This document shows positions 9,530 to 20,030 of a stretch of 64,000 nucleotides of DNA, piece by piece (position 1 is the stretch's first letter; each line of letters starts with the position of its first letter). The translations under genes were made by a program, and so were the position numbers. The DNA is from an uncultured delta proteobacterium (GTDB lineage: Bacteria > Myxococcota_A > Polyangia > Polyangiales > Polyangiaceae): assembly GCA_963782055.1 (NCBI GenBank), contig CAWAIF010000003.1:6176001-6240000 (forward strand), in the 5' to 3' direction. The notes under the pieces were generated by a model, which had not been told where the DNA came from, did not search any database, and saw only the letters and a list, made by a program, of their open reading frames with translations.

Positions 9530-10375
9530 TCAGGGCAGCGCGTCGAGGGGGCTCTGAATCGACTGCACGCGGGCGGTGCTCACGTGCAGGTAGGCCATCG
9601 TGCTCCTGAGCGACGCGTGCCCGAGCAAGACCTGCAACGTGCGAAGGTCGGTCCCTGCGTCGAGCAGGTGCGTGGCGAAGCTGTGGCGCAGCGTGTGCGG
9701 CGACACGCGCCGGGTGATGCCCGCGCGCCGCGCCGCCTTGAGGATCGCCCGGTGGACGGCCGCGCGCGTGAGGAGCGTCCCGGGCACGCGCCCCGGAAAC
9801 AGTTGCGGTCCTGCGGGTCGTGACGCCTTCCAGTACGCGCGCAGCGTCGCCAGCAGCCTCGCGCTGAGCATCACGTAGCGCTCACGCCCGCGCTTGGTGT
9901 GCCGCACGTGCAGGAGCATCCGCTTCGGATCGATGTCGTCCACCCGGAGCTTGCACACCTCGCTCACGCGCAGCCCCGCCCCGTAGGCGAGCATCACCAG
10001 GGCCCGGTGCTTGTGGCTCGTGAGCGACGCGAGCAGCCGCGCCACCTCCGCGCTCGTCAGCACCACCGGCACGTGCATCGGCACCCGCATGCGCGCCATC
10101 CCCAGCGTCGCCTCCGGCCGCTCCAGCGTCACCTCGTAGAGAAACCTCAGCGCGGCCGCGTGCACGTTGACCGTCAGCGCCGCCAGCCTGCGCTCCGCCA
10201 CCAGGTGCAAAAGGAACGTCCGGATCTCCGCCGCCCCCAGCGCGCACGGCGACCGCCCGTGGTACTGCGCGAACCGCCGCACGCACCCCACGTACGTGGC
10301 GATCGTGTTGGCGCTCATCCCTCGCAGCGCGAGGTCCTCGCTCATCGTGTCCCGCAGTCTTCGCTTCGCACCCAT
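9530..10375 (-). CDS. Tyrosine recombinase with N-terminal SAM-like domain
   Basis: GLRVSE, TKRG, HTLRHSFATH, LGH and TMAY catalytic residues; lacks the integron-integrase insertion. Confidence 0.93.
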   Translation of the reverse strand: MGAKRRLRDTMSEDLALRGMSANTIATYVGCVRRFAQYHGRSPCALGAAEIRTFLLHLVAERRLAALTVNVHAAALRFLYEVTLERPEATLGMARMRVPMHVPVVLTSAEVARLLASLTSHKHRALVMLAYGAGLRVSEVCKLRVDDIDPKRMLLHVRHTKRGRERYVMLSARLLATLRAYWKASRPAGPQLFPGRVPGTLLTRAAVHRAILKAARRAGITRRVSPHTLRHSFATHLLDAGTDLRTLQVLLGHASLRSTMAYLHVSTARVQSIQSPLDALP

Positions 10376-11964
10376 CGCGGCCTCCTTCGGCTCCGCGCGC
10401 GCCCACGAGCGGGCGGCGCGCGCCGCAGGATCGCCCGCATCACGGCACGCGAGGGCTACGAGGCGGGCTCGTCAGCGCGCACACGGCTCGCGGGGCTCCC
10501 GGGTCGCGAGCGAGCTTGATGCGGAGCCACGCTGCCGCGCAGCGGCTTCGTCCAGTGCGCCCAGCATGGGCATCAACCCGGAGGTGAAAGTCCTTCCTGA
10601 AATTGGTCACAATGACAGAAGCGAACCACAAGGGCGGAACCGTGAGGGACCGTCTGGAGGAAGTGGGGAGCGAAGCCGCGGGCCGACGTACAGAAATCGG
10701 ATCGGAGGCGTGGCCGAGCAGGGCGAGCGGACTGGAACCCGCGAAGCTCTCGTGACCGAAGCTCGGCGGCGTATATCCGGCGGTCGTGCGGTGAAGGTTG
10801 ATGCTCTTACCTGGGGAGATCTCGCCTCGCGCCTGAAAGGGCGACGGCCGGCGACAACGTCGGACGGAGCGAGAAGTCAGCAGAGGCCGTAGTAGCGGCG
10901 AAGGAGCCGGGCAGGGACCCCCCCCGAACCCCGGAAGTCTCTATCGCTGCGAAGGGCCAAACGGAGAGGAGGGCGAAACGCCCATGGATCTCGAGAACGC
11001 GCAGCCACAGAAGTCCAAGAGCGAGACGCCGACCGCCGCGGATGGTGAAGCCCCGAGCGACGACCGACGCGTGGAAGCGGATTCGGCGACCCATGGAACC
11101 GAGCGCTCAGGAACGAGCGGGCTGATGGAGGCGGCGCTCACGCGCAAGAACCTTCAGGCCGCGCTGAAGCGAGTGAAGCGGAACAAGGGCAGTCCCGGCA
11201 TCGACGGGATGACGGTGGAGGAGCTACCGGACCACCTTCGCGTGCACTGGCCGTCCCTCCGCGAGCAGCTGCTCGCGGGGACGTACCAGCCGCAGCCGGT
11301 GCGACGGCACGTGATTCCGAAGAGCGGCGGCGGCGAGCGACAGCTCGGCATCCCGACGGTGCTCGACCGACTCATCCAGCAGGCCCTCTTGCAGGTCCTG
11401 CAGCCTCGATTCGATCCGACCTTCTCGGAGCACAGCCACGGCTTCCGGCCGCGGCGCAGCGCGCACGACGCCGTGCGCGAGGCGAAGCGGTATGTGCAGC
11501 AAGGAAGACGATGGGTGGTCGACGTGGATCTCGAAGCTTTCTTCGACCGCGTCAACCACGACGTGCTCATGGGGAGACTGGCCAAACGAATCGAGGATCG
11601 GCGCGTGCTGGGACTCATCCGTCGCTACCTGAACGCCGGCATCATGGCGAACGGCGTCGTGATGGATCGCGACGAGGGAACGCCCCAGGGCGGTCCTCTC
11701 TCGCCAATGCTTGCGAACGTGCTCCTCGACGAAGTCGACAAGGAGCTGGAGAAGCGCGGACACGCCTTCGTGCGCTACGCCGATGACAGCAACGTTTACG
11801 TGCGGTCACGGCGAGCGGGCGAGCGGGTCATGCAGGCGCTGCGGCGTCTCTACGCGAAGCTCCATCTCCAGATCAACGAGTCGAAGAGCGCGGTGGCACC
11901 CGTGCAAGACCGGAAGTTCCTCGGCTACACCTTTTGGTTGTCGTCGAAGAACGAGGTCCGCTGC

Positions 11965-13409
11965 CATGCCCGATCTCTTAAGCACCGATCGCCCCAAGTT
12001 TGAGGGCGATTCGTTTCCTGGAGCGTGAAGGTTGTCGTTCGCGTGCCAGAGCGACGAGTGCCGCGCCCACGGTGGTCACGACGGCAGTCCACGCGGCGGT
12101 GCTCAGGGAGACGAGGGCGTCGACCAGGTCCCGCGCGTAGGCGCGCACGACGTGCAACGTCGCCAGGGGGCGCAGTTGCTCGAGAGGGACGTCGCGCGCG
12201 AGTGCAGCCTGGATCCTGACCGAGCGCACGAGCGCGTGGGCGAGCATCGCGCCGTAGGTGAGCGCCTTGATCGCGTGGGGATCGGCGGTGAAGGAGCGGC
12301 CGAGGTCGGCGGTCTGCTTCAGCTCGCGAAAGAGCAGCTCGATCAGCCAGCGGAGTCGGTAGGTCTGGATGATCTGCCGTGGCGAGAGCACGCTGCGCGG
12401 CACGGTGGTCAGGTACCAGCGGATGACGGTCGACTTGTGCGCGAGTCCCACGAGCCGCAATGCGACGGTGTCCTTGCCCTTGCCCCACGTCACGTCGAGG
12501 TCGAAGATCGTCCCGCGCTTGCGCGACACGCTCTGCAGGTAGTAGCCAAGCGACCAGTTGTGGAGCGGGGTGTGGCCGTTCTCCGAGATGTGCGCGGTCA
12601 CGCGTACCTTCGCCGTGGTCTTGAGGCGCATCAGCACGTGCGCGCCGGCAGCCTTCGCCTGGGTGAACAGAGCGCGCTCGAAAAAGCCGAGGTCGAAGAG
12701 GTAGAGCACCCCGCGCGTGAAGCTCGGGACCAGCTTCCGCCACAGCGGCGTCTCCGACGCGGTCTCCGCGTCGGAGACGCCGTGCTCGAGCAGGCCGGTC
12801 TTGATGCTGTAGCCCATCACCCACTTGGTGCCGGCCTTGCCCTTGGTGCATCCCGGCAGCAGCTCGCGCCCGCGCGGTGGCACGCGCTGCCCCGTACCGT
12901 CGTAGACCCGCACGTCCTCGAAGCGGGCGAGCGGCCCGCTCAGCTCCAGGCCCGCCGCCTTCGTCACCGACGCCACGAGGTGCTCGAGCGCCGCGCGGAA
13001 GAACGCCGCCGCCGACTCCTGCTTGAACCGCTTCTGGAACGGGCACGGGCGCATGAAGCCGAAGCGCCTCACGAAGATCGCCCGCAGCGACTCGAACGAC
13101 AGCGTCTGGCCCGCGAGGAACCCCTCGACGACCGTGAGCACCAGGCGGAACGCGGTGGCGCGCCGCTGCCGCGGGTTGTAGCCGGTGCGGCCCCGAAGCT
13201 CGTCGATGACCGCCGGCGTGAAGGTCCGCTGCAGCTGCTCCTCCACCGCGCTCGCCTCTTCGCTCGGGTCTGGACGGCTGCTCGTGGCTCGGGTAGCTCT
13301 CGTCGTCATCGGGCGTCCTCTCCTTGTTGGTGTCGCAACCGAACAACGAGAAAGGCGCCCGATTTATTTCCATCATTCCGCCACGTTATGTCCAAAGGAT
13401 CTGGCCATG
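11965..13409 (-). mobile_element. IS4-family element (1445 bp) with 10-bp TSD GGTCCGCTGC
   Basis: Ends CATGCCCGATC / GATCTGGCCATG; TSD at 11955-11964 and 13410-13419. Confidence 0.92.
11978..13309 (-). CDS. IS4-family DDE transposase
   Basis: YDGT, FDLGF, YRLRWLIELLFRELK (YREK motif). Confidence 0.92.
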   Translation of the reverse strand: MTTRATRATSSRPDPSEEASAVEEQLQRTFTPAVIDELRGRTGYNPRQRRATAFRLVLTVVEGFLAGQTLSFESLRAIFVRRFGFMRPCPFQKRFKQESAAAFFRAALEHLVASVTKAAGLELSGPLARFEDVRVYDGTGQRVPPRGRELLPGCTKGKAGTKWVMGYSIKTGLLEHGVSDAETASETPLWRKLVPSFTRGVLYLFDLGFFERALFTQAKAAGAHVLMRLKTTAKVRVTAHISENGHTPLHNWSLGYYLQSVSRKRGTIFDLDVTWGKGKDTVALRLVGLAHKSTVIRWYLTTVPRSVLSPRQIIQTYRLRWLIELLFRELKQTADLGRSFTADPHAIKALTYGAMLAHALVRSVRIQAALARDVPLEQLRPLATLHVVRAYARDLVDALVSLSTAAWTAVVTTVGAALVALARERQPSRSRKRIALKLGAIGA

Positions 13410-13645
13410 GGTCCGCTGCACGATCGCGCGCAAGGCCCTCGACACGATGAAGGACCGCGTGCGGCACATGACGAGCCGCATGCGCGGTCGGAGCCTGGCC
13501 CAGGTCTGCCGAGATCTGCGAGGGTACTTGCCAGGCTGGAAGAACTACTTCCAGCTTGTCGAGCTCCGCACGCTCTTTCGCGAGCTGGACTCTTGGATCC
13601 GGCACCGACTCCGCGCACTGCAGTTGAAGCAGTGGGTGCGAGGAG

Positions 13646-15090
13646 CATGCCCGATCTCTTAAGCACCGATCGCCCCAAGTTTGAGGGCGATTCGTTTCCT
13701 GGAGCGTGAAGGTTGTCGTTCGCGTGCCAGAGCGACGAGTGCCGCGCCCACGGTGGTCACGACGGCAGTCCACGCGGCGGTGCTCAGGGAGACGAGGGCG
13801 TCGACCAGGTCCCGCGCGTAGGCGCGCACGACGTGCAACGTCGCCAGGGGGCGCAGTTGCTCGAGAGGGACGTCGCGCGCGAGTGCAGCCTGGATCCTGA
13901 CCGAGCGCACGAGCGCGTGGGCGAGCATCGCGCCGTAGGTGAGCGCCTTGATCGCGTGGGGATCGGCGGTGAAGGAGCGGCCGAGGTCGGCGGTCTGCTT
14001 CAGCTCGCGAAAGAGCAGCTCGATCAGCCAGCGGAGTCGGTAGGTCTGGATGATCTGCCGTGGCGAGAGCACGCTGCGCGGCACGGTGGTCAGGTACCAG
14101 CGGATGACGGTCGACTTGTGCGCGAGTCCCACGAGCCGCAATGCGACGGTGTCCTTGCCCTTGCCCCACGTCACGTCGAGGTCGAAGATCGTCCCGCGCT
14201 TGCGCGACACGCTCTGCAGGTAGTAGCCAAGCGACCAGTTGTGGAGCGGGGTGTGGCCGTTCTCCGAGATGTGCGCGGTCACGCGTACCTTCGCCGTGGT
14301 CTTGAGGCGCATCAGCACGTGCGCGCCGGCAGCCTTCGCCTGGGTGAACAGAGCGCGCTCGAAAAAGCCGAGGTCGAAGAGGTAGAGCACCCCGCGCGTG
14401 AAGCTCGGGACCAGCTTCCGCCACAGCGGCGTCTCCGACGCGGTCTCCGCGTCGGAGACGCCGTGCTCGAGCAGGCCGGTCTTGATGCTGTAGCCCATCA
14501 CCCACTTGGTGCCGGCCTTGCCCTTGGTGCATCCCGGCAGCAGCTCGCGCCCGCGCGGTGGCACGCGCTGCCCCGTACCGTCGTAGACCCGCACGTCCTC
14601 GAAGCGGGCGAGCGGCCCGCTCAGCTCCAGGCCCGCCGCCTTCGTCACCGACGCCACGAGGTGCTCGAGCGCCGCGCGGAAGAACGCCGCCGCCGACTCC
14701 TGCTTGAACCGCTTCTGGAACGGGCACGGGCGCATGAAGCCGAAGCGCCTCACGAAGATCGCCCGCAGCGACTCGAACGACAGCGTCTGGCCCGCGAGGA
14801 ACCCCTCGACGACCGTGAGCACCAGGCGGAACGCGGTGGCGCGCCGCTGCCGCGGGTTGTAGCCGGTGCGGCCCCGAAGCTCGTCGATGACCGCCGGCGT
14901 GAAGGTCCGCTGCAGCTGCTCCTCCACCGCGCTCGCCTCTTCGCTCGGGTCTGGACGGCTGCTCGTGGCTCGGGTAGCTCTCGTCGTCATCGGGCGTCCT
15001 CTCCTTGTTGGTGTCGCAACCGAACAACGAGAAAGGCGCCCGATTTATTTCCATCATTCCGCCACGTTATGTCCAAAGGATCTGGCCATG
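13646..15090 (-). mobile_element. IS4-family element, second copy, with 10-bp TSD GTGCGAGGAG
   Basis: Appears identical to 11965-13409; TSD at 13636-13645 and 15091-15100. Confidence 0.92.
13659..14990 (-). CDS. IS4-family DDE transposase
   Basis: Identical protein to 11978-13309. Confidence 0.92.
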   Translation of the reverse strand: MTTRATRATSSRPDPSEEASAVEEQLQRTFTPAVIDELRGRTGYNPRQRRATAFRLVLTVVEGFLAGQTLSFESLRAIFVRRFGFMRPCPFQKRFKQESAAAFFRAALEHLVASVTKAAGLELSGPLARFEDVRVYDGTGQRVPPRGRELLPGCTKGKAGTKWVMGYSIKTGLLEHGVSDAETASETPLWRKLVPSFTRGVLYLFDLGFFERALFTQAKAAGAHVLMRLKTTAKVRVTAHISENGHTPLHNWSLGYYLQSVSRKRGTIFDLDVTWGKGKDTVALRLVGLAHKSTVIRWYLTTVPRSVLSPRQIIQTYRLRWLIELLFRELKQTADLGRSFTADPHAIKALTYGAMLAHALVRSVRIQAALARDVPLEQLRPLATLHVVRAYARDLVDALVSLSTAAWTAVVTTVGAALVALARERQPSRSRKRIALKLGAIGA

Positions 15091-15511
15091 GTGCGAGGAG
15101 TCACCGTCTTCCGAGAACTGCGCCGACGGGGGATTCCCTCCCGTCGACGCTCGCCGCGCGGCAGCAAATACGACGCGCTGGTGGCGAACCTCGGGAATGC
15201 GCGTCCTCAGCGTGGCTCTGCCGAACAAGCTCTTCGACGAGCTGGGGCTTCCCCGGCTCGACACGTGACCTCAACTCTCCGAACCGCCGGATGCGGACCC
15301 GCCTGTCCGGTGGTGTGGCAGGGGTCCCCGGGGAAACCCGGGGCCCCTATGCCGATACGTGTGTTTCGTAAACTTTTCCCGCCCGATCGCGCTAGGATTT
15401 CCTACGTGCTCCACCGGCGCCTGCTGCAGGTCCATGTCGGCGGCGAGCGTTGGGCGTAGTGATGCGGCCGGGGCCTCGGCCTGGGCTACGAGGGGACCAC
15501 CGGGGGCCACC

Positions 15512-15877
15512 TCACGGCTGGTGGCCGCCGGGCGGGCACGTGGAGGCGCAGTGCGGCCCCGCGTCCGGATATGTGCAGCAGTAGTGCTGGACGTCGCAGC
15601 CCAGGCCGTCGCCGCACCGGCACTCGCCGCCGATCACGTGATCGCCGATGCAACAGTAGCCGTCGACGCACGCCTGCTGCGCCACGCAGTCCTGGAGCGC
15701 CCCGTGGGGGCACGGGACGAGACCGGTGGAGCCCTCGTCCGCGCCGCCGGCCTCCACCGTCACGTCGCTCACCGAGGCGTCCTGGGGTGGGCCGCCGTCC
15801 TGGTAGATCACCGCCTTGCCACCGCAGCCGGCGGCGGCGAGCGTGAAGAGCGCGGCGGCGCGCGTCACAGTTCCCAT
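15512..15877 (-). CDS. Cys-rich lipoprotein (cassette 3, gene 3)
   Basis: MGTVTRAAALFTLAAAGC lipobox; ECRCG...C....CC...C...CP. Confidence 0.8.
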   Translation of the reverse strand: MGTVTRAAALFTLAAAGCGGKAVIYQDGGPPQDASVSDVTVEAGGADEGSTGLVPCPHGALQDCVAQQACVDGYCCIGDHVIGGECRCGDGLGCDVQHYCCTYPDAGPHCASTCPPGGHQP

Positions 15878-16350
15878 GCTCCCCTTCCGCCGGCGTCGCG
15901 GCAGGCGGCCACCGACGTCGCGCACACCGGGACGCTGGCCTCGGGGTAGTCGCAGCACATCTCGGGGGGGAGACACCCGAGCGAGTAGCCGCAGACGCAC
16001 TTCCCCGCGCGGCCCTCGCCGGAGCAGCACCAGCCTGTGCCTATGTCGCAGTGGGCTTGCAGGCCCTCGGAGCCACAGTTGTAGTCAACCTTGCAGAAGC
16101 TCCCGTCTTGCGCAGGAAACTCGCCCGGCGCGGGCGGATAGAACCCGTCGAAGCCGTGCGCCCCATCGAACTGGGCGAACCAGTCCAGCTCGGCGTCGGA
16201 GATTCCGTCCGTGCCTCCGTCCTCGGACGCACCGTCACTGGAAACGCCACCGTCCACACTCGCGTCCGGGCCGACGTAGACGAAGGTCCCACCGCACGCA
16301 GCCAGCCCCGCAACGATCGCACCGAGCAGGGCGTTGCGCGTGGCTACCAC
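15865..16350 (-). CDS. Cys-rich lipoprotein (cassette 3, gene 2)
   Basis: GTG start overlapping the upstream stop; GLAAC lipobox; DGG linker; KCVCG...C....CC. Confidence 0.78.
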   Translation of the reverse strand: MVATRNALLGAIVAGLAACGGTFVYVGPDASVDGGVSSDGASEDGGTDGISDAELDWFAQFDGAHGFDGFYPPAPGEFPAQDGSFCKVDYNCGSEGLQAHCDIGTGWCCSGEGRAGKCVCGYSLGCLPPEMCCDYPEASVPVCATSVAACRDAGGRGAWEL

Positions 16351-17079
16351 TTGACCGACTCCACGAACTGGTCGTTCGTGAGTCCTCCGCTGAGGCACTG
16401 CGTGGATCGGGCATAGGTCGTGATCCAGAGGGGCTCCGGTTGCAGCACGCCGTTCACCAGACGGCTCGGTGTGTCGAAGGGCGTCACCGAGGCCTCGTAG
16501 TCGCCGAAGTAGAAGTTGCCCGTCATCTCGTCGGTACGCGTGCTCGTACAAGGGGTGTAGGCGGTGCCGAGCGCCGCTGGCGTCGCCTCATCCGGAGGAG
16601 CCTCGCTCCCGACGATGGCACCGAACGGCACGAAGGTGCTCCCGTTGGTCGCGGTCTGCTGGTACCAGGTCAGCGCCGCGTAGCCACGCGTCGGGCTGGC
16701 ACCCAGCGCCGGCTGGAACTGCTCGCCGGCGTACTGAGGTACCTCGAACAATTTCTGAGGAGTCCAGCCCAGGTTATCGGGAAAGATGTAGTCGCAAGCA
16801 TCCTGGTTAGTGTCGACACAATCGTAATATGCCGCACGAGAATAACCCGCAACATCAATCCGGAACGCCAGATGAAGCTCCGCTCCATGGTTCCCCACGT
16901 CGAACGCGAGCGGCGTGGGGTCCCGCCAGTTGCGACCGAGGGCTCCGGGGGCCTCGTAGGGGACGGTCTGGTCGTCGAGCCGAAAGATCTCGTGGGGGCT
17001 CCAAAGGTCCGTCGCGGAGGCGCGCGTCAGGCGAACGACGATGGCGTCGTATTTGCTCTCATTGTGGCCCTTGGAAAGA

Positions 17080-18528
17080 GCCTCCTCAGCAGAATCTGTG
17101 GGTGAGCCAAGGCGGCTCGGGTAGGGCACCAAGCGCATGATACAGGGCGATCTCGGCGTGTCTTGGACTGCGGAAGCCGTACGCCTTTCGGGTCGTAACT
17201 CGCGCCTTGTTGTTGAATCCCTCGGTGGCGCCCGCGGCGAACTCCCCTCGGGCGAGGAACCAGTTGAGCAGCTCGCGTCGGTGGCTCCGGAGGGTGCGCG
17301 CGAACTTCGCAAAGGGGGCGAGGCGGGACCGCAAGGCCATGGTGGTCCAGCGGTCGAGGAAGCGGCCGGCGCCGGCGACCGAGGTGTAGGTCCAGAAGTG
17401 CTGGAACTGCTCCTTGAGCAGGTAGGCACGGACGGAGCGAAGGTTGATGCGGACGAGCTCGCGCAGGCGACCGCGCTCGCCGCGCCGGAGGTTCTTGGGC
17501 CGCTTGAGCAGCAGCCAGCGGGTCTTGGTGAGCAGGGGGTGGCGTCCGGTGGCGCGCAGGGCGCGGACCTCGTCGCGACGGACGGTGTCGACGGCCTCGC
17601 CGAGGAGCTTGGCGACGTGGAAGCGGTCCAGCACGTGGAGGACGACGGAGCAGCGGGCCTGCACGACGCTGAGGAAGGCACGCCACATGTCGCTGGCCAC
17701 GAAGGCGATAGCCTTGGTGCGCTCCTCGCCGAGCATGTCGAAGAAGGAATGGAAGCTCGCGGCGGTGCGGTCGCGGGCGATGTGGAGCAGGCGACGGCAG
17801 TCGTGGTCGATCTGGTAGACGACGGTGAGGTACTTCTGCCCCTTCTTCCAGGCCAGCTCGTCGACGCCGATGGACCGGATGCCATCGAGGCTGCGATGCT
17901 CGAGGCCCCACTGTACCGCGTGCTCGACGCAGCGGAAGACGGTGTCCCAGCTCGAGTGGAAGCGGCGCGCCACCTCCGTCCACGAGAGCACCCGCGCCCA
18001 GCTCGCGACGAACCACACGAACGCGTGCGTCGCCTGGCTCTTGCCGGAGGCCCAGGGCACCAGCTCCACCGTGACGCCGCAACGCGGACAGTCCACGCGG
18101 CGCATCGCATAGACGAACAACACCGCGATGCCCCAGAGCGGCACGAAGGTGAACAGGCGCGGCGGCCCGTGGTCGTAGCCGCGCCGCTTCCGGTAGCAGT
18201 GCGAGCACACGGCAAGGGACCCGCGGCGAGGTCGAACGTGGACGTGCAGCGCTGGCCGCGTGGGCGTCCCGGCCCAGGTGATCTTGTCGTAGACGAATCC
18301 GGGCTGCGGCTGCAGCCGGCGCAGGATAGATTGAAGGTGCATCGTGCGAGGGGGTTGGAGGTTGGATGCCGTCTTCCTTGCACGATGCATCCTTCCCTTC
18401 CAGCCCCAACGACCGGCGCTCGGCGCGAGGCTCGCGGGCGGGACGCCCACACGCTCCCGCGATGCGAGCCCCGTGACGAGCGCCGAGCGATCCGCTTCAC
18501 GTCAACCCACGGATTCGGCGGGGGAGCC
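17080..18528 (-). mobile_element. ISL3-family insertion sequence with 8-bp TSD TGGAAAGA
   Basis: TSD at 17072-17079 and 18529-18536. Confidence 0.95.
17086..18342 (-). CDS. ISL3-family transposase
   Basis: Identical protein to 2170-3426. Confidence 0.92.
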   Translation of the reverse strand: MHLQSILRRLQPQPGFVYDKITWAGTPTRPALHVHVRPRRGSLAVCSHCYRKRRGYDHGPPRLFTFVPLWGIAVLFVYAMRRVDCPRCGVTVELVPWASGKSQATHAFVWFVASWARVLSWTEVARRFHSSWDTVFRCVEHAVQWGLEHRSLDGIRSIGVDELAWKKGQKYLTVVYQIDHDCRRLLHIARDRTAASFHSFFDMLGEERTKAIAFVASDMWRAFLSVVQARCSVVLHVLDRFHVAKLLGEAVDTVRRDEVRALRATGRHPLLTKTRWLLLKRPKNLRRGERGRLRELVRINLRSVRAYLLKEQFQHFWTYTSVAGAGRFLDRWTTMALRSRLAPFAKFARTLRSHRRELLNWFLARGEFAAGATEGFNNKARVTTRKAYGFRSPRHAEIALYHALGALPEPPWLTHRFC

Positions 18529-20030
18529 TGGAAAGAGAGACGCGCCCGTTGTCCAGATACGCGAGGTAGGCCAGGTTGGACGAGACCATCTTGACGATGA
18601 CGTGACTGTAGCCGCCGTGCGAGGCGAAGGCGAGGGGCAGCGCCTGCGGCGGCCCCCATGCCGCGTCGTTGCCAGAGTCCTCTGTCGTGACGACGTACAC
18701 CTCCTTGCTGTGCGCCGTATCGAAGCCGAGCATGGCCGCGTCGCCGGCCATGGAGAGGGACTCCTGGTCCGGGAACTCGCCTGGAAGGTAGGCCGCAACG
18801 TAAGGCGGCGCGAACGTTGGCGTGCCGTCCTCCGACCGCGCGACCACGACGGAGTCGGGGTCCACGTTCGTCGTGTCACAGTAGTCCGCAGTGGAGGTCA
18901 CCCCGAGGTTCGCGTACAGCACGCGGGTGCCGTTGGTGGCGAGCCATGGGTCGCCCGCGAGCGCGAGCGGGCAATGCGCGGCGGTGCACTGGCTGGGCGC
19001 AACGGGCTGGATGTCACCCCGGTTCATCCAGGAGACGGGCTCGAGCGAGGTCAAGACACCCAGGTTGTCGAAGGTGGCCGTGGAGAGCCCGGCGAACGTC
19101 TGGCCCCGGTACAAGAGCTGCGACCCGTCCGGGATGAACCCCGGCGTGATGCATACGCTCTGGCCCGGGTTGTTGGGGTCGACCTTTCGCTCGCCCTGCT
19201 CGTCGTTCGTACCGAGGAAGAGCGTGTGCGTGGACGCCACGTAGACCGACTGGGTCTCCGACTGGAAGAAGTTGCGGCGGGTGGCGTCCATGGTGGGGTT
19301 CGACGCGTTGGCCTCGCAGCCGGCAGCGATGACCGCCGCCATCGCCAGAGAACACTTCGCGACCATCTTGACGCTCGCTCCCATGAGCCCTCCCTCTCGC
19401 GCGACTGCGCGCAGTGCAGCAGCGCACGGCAGAAGTCGGGTGTCAACGGTCGGTGACGCTCAATTTCAAGATGGGTACGCCGATGTCGGCCGACTACGCA
19501 CAAGGACCGATGGAGACGAGCGCGGCGCGCGGTCTCGATGCTCTGGGCAGCCGGCGATGCGCGCCTGCACGACCGGGAACCCCACCCTGTCGCCGAGGTG
19601 CCAGACGTACGTCACCTCCCCGGTGAGCGGCGGCGGCGGCGGGACGTCGGCCAGATTGGCGTGGCACACGGGTGGCGGCGGCCTCGGCGCGCGCGCTCCT
19701 GCGCGCCAGCGCGCGGCGACGACGCCGGCCAGCGCGGCGGCGCCGGCGGCGGCGAGGACCCAGCGGAGGGAGGCGCGATTGGCCACGGCGAGAGGGTAGC
19801 GCCGGGCGGGGCCCCCTCGCCACATCGGCGGCCGCTCACGCGGGCACGAACAGGCCCCGCTCCGGTCGACCTGCTCGGCCGGAGCAGCTAGGGAGCGTAC
19901 GGGATTTGAGCGCGGTTTTCCACGAGCCTCGAGCCCTCGGGGCACCGCCGGCGGCGGCGTGTGGTGCGCCTGAACGTCGCATGGCGGCCGCGGCGGCGGG
20001 CGGAGCGCCGGTTTCCAGCAAGGAGCCGCC

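Larger units (their letters stand above)
10984..15268 (+). pseudogene. ltrA: Group II intron reverse transcriptase/maturase split by two IS4 copies (10984-11964, 13420-13645, 15101-15268; additional +1 shift near 15137)
   Basis: PGIDG, GIPTVLDR, GTPQGGPLSP, RYADD, FLGY; maturase GWKNYF..LDSWIRHRLR; no endonuclease domain. Confidence 0.9.
10555..15356 (+). mobile_element. Group II intron (class IIC-like; ~1.89 kb without the two IS4 insertions)
   Basis: 5' GTGCGCCCAGCATGGG; domain V/VI GAACCGCCGGATGCGGACCCGC...GGTGGTGTGGCAGGG...CCTATGCCGAT 3'; exons rejoin to TCCA|ACGTG exactly as in intron-free copy C. Confidence 0.93.
7989..15411 (-). mobile_element. Copy B of the tyrosine recombinase + IS91-like element, interrupted by a group II intron at 10555-15356
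   Basis: Near-identical to 21392-23976 once the intron is removed; terminal arms shared with copies A and C. Confidence 0.9.
16344..19384 (-). pseudogene. Beta-propeller lipoprotein (cassette 3, gene 1) disrupted by ISL3
   Basis: IAAGC lipobox; SET, GDP, ANL, SEDG..F, DQE, QFQPAL and FGDY motifs collinear with 4014-5411; reading frame continues across the ISL3 TSD. Confidence 0.8.

Noticed and set aside
9530..10375. Classical integron (intI + attC array)
   Set aside because: The 281-aa recombinase lacks the IntI-specific insertion, and no repeated attC sites separate the cargo genes, which overlap as operons.
7490..15268. Diversity-generating retroelement (Avd-like four-helix bundle near an RT)
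   Set aside because: The RT lies inside a complete group II intron with YADD, a maturase domain and DV/DVI. No TR/VR pair with adenine-specific mismatches was seen.
19466..19840. Possible small membrane protein upstream of cassette 3
   Set aside because: It has a TM-like segment but no recognisable family or clear start. It may be a truncated remnant and is too weak to call.
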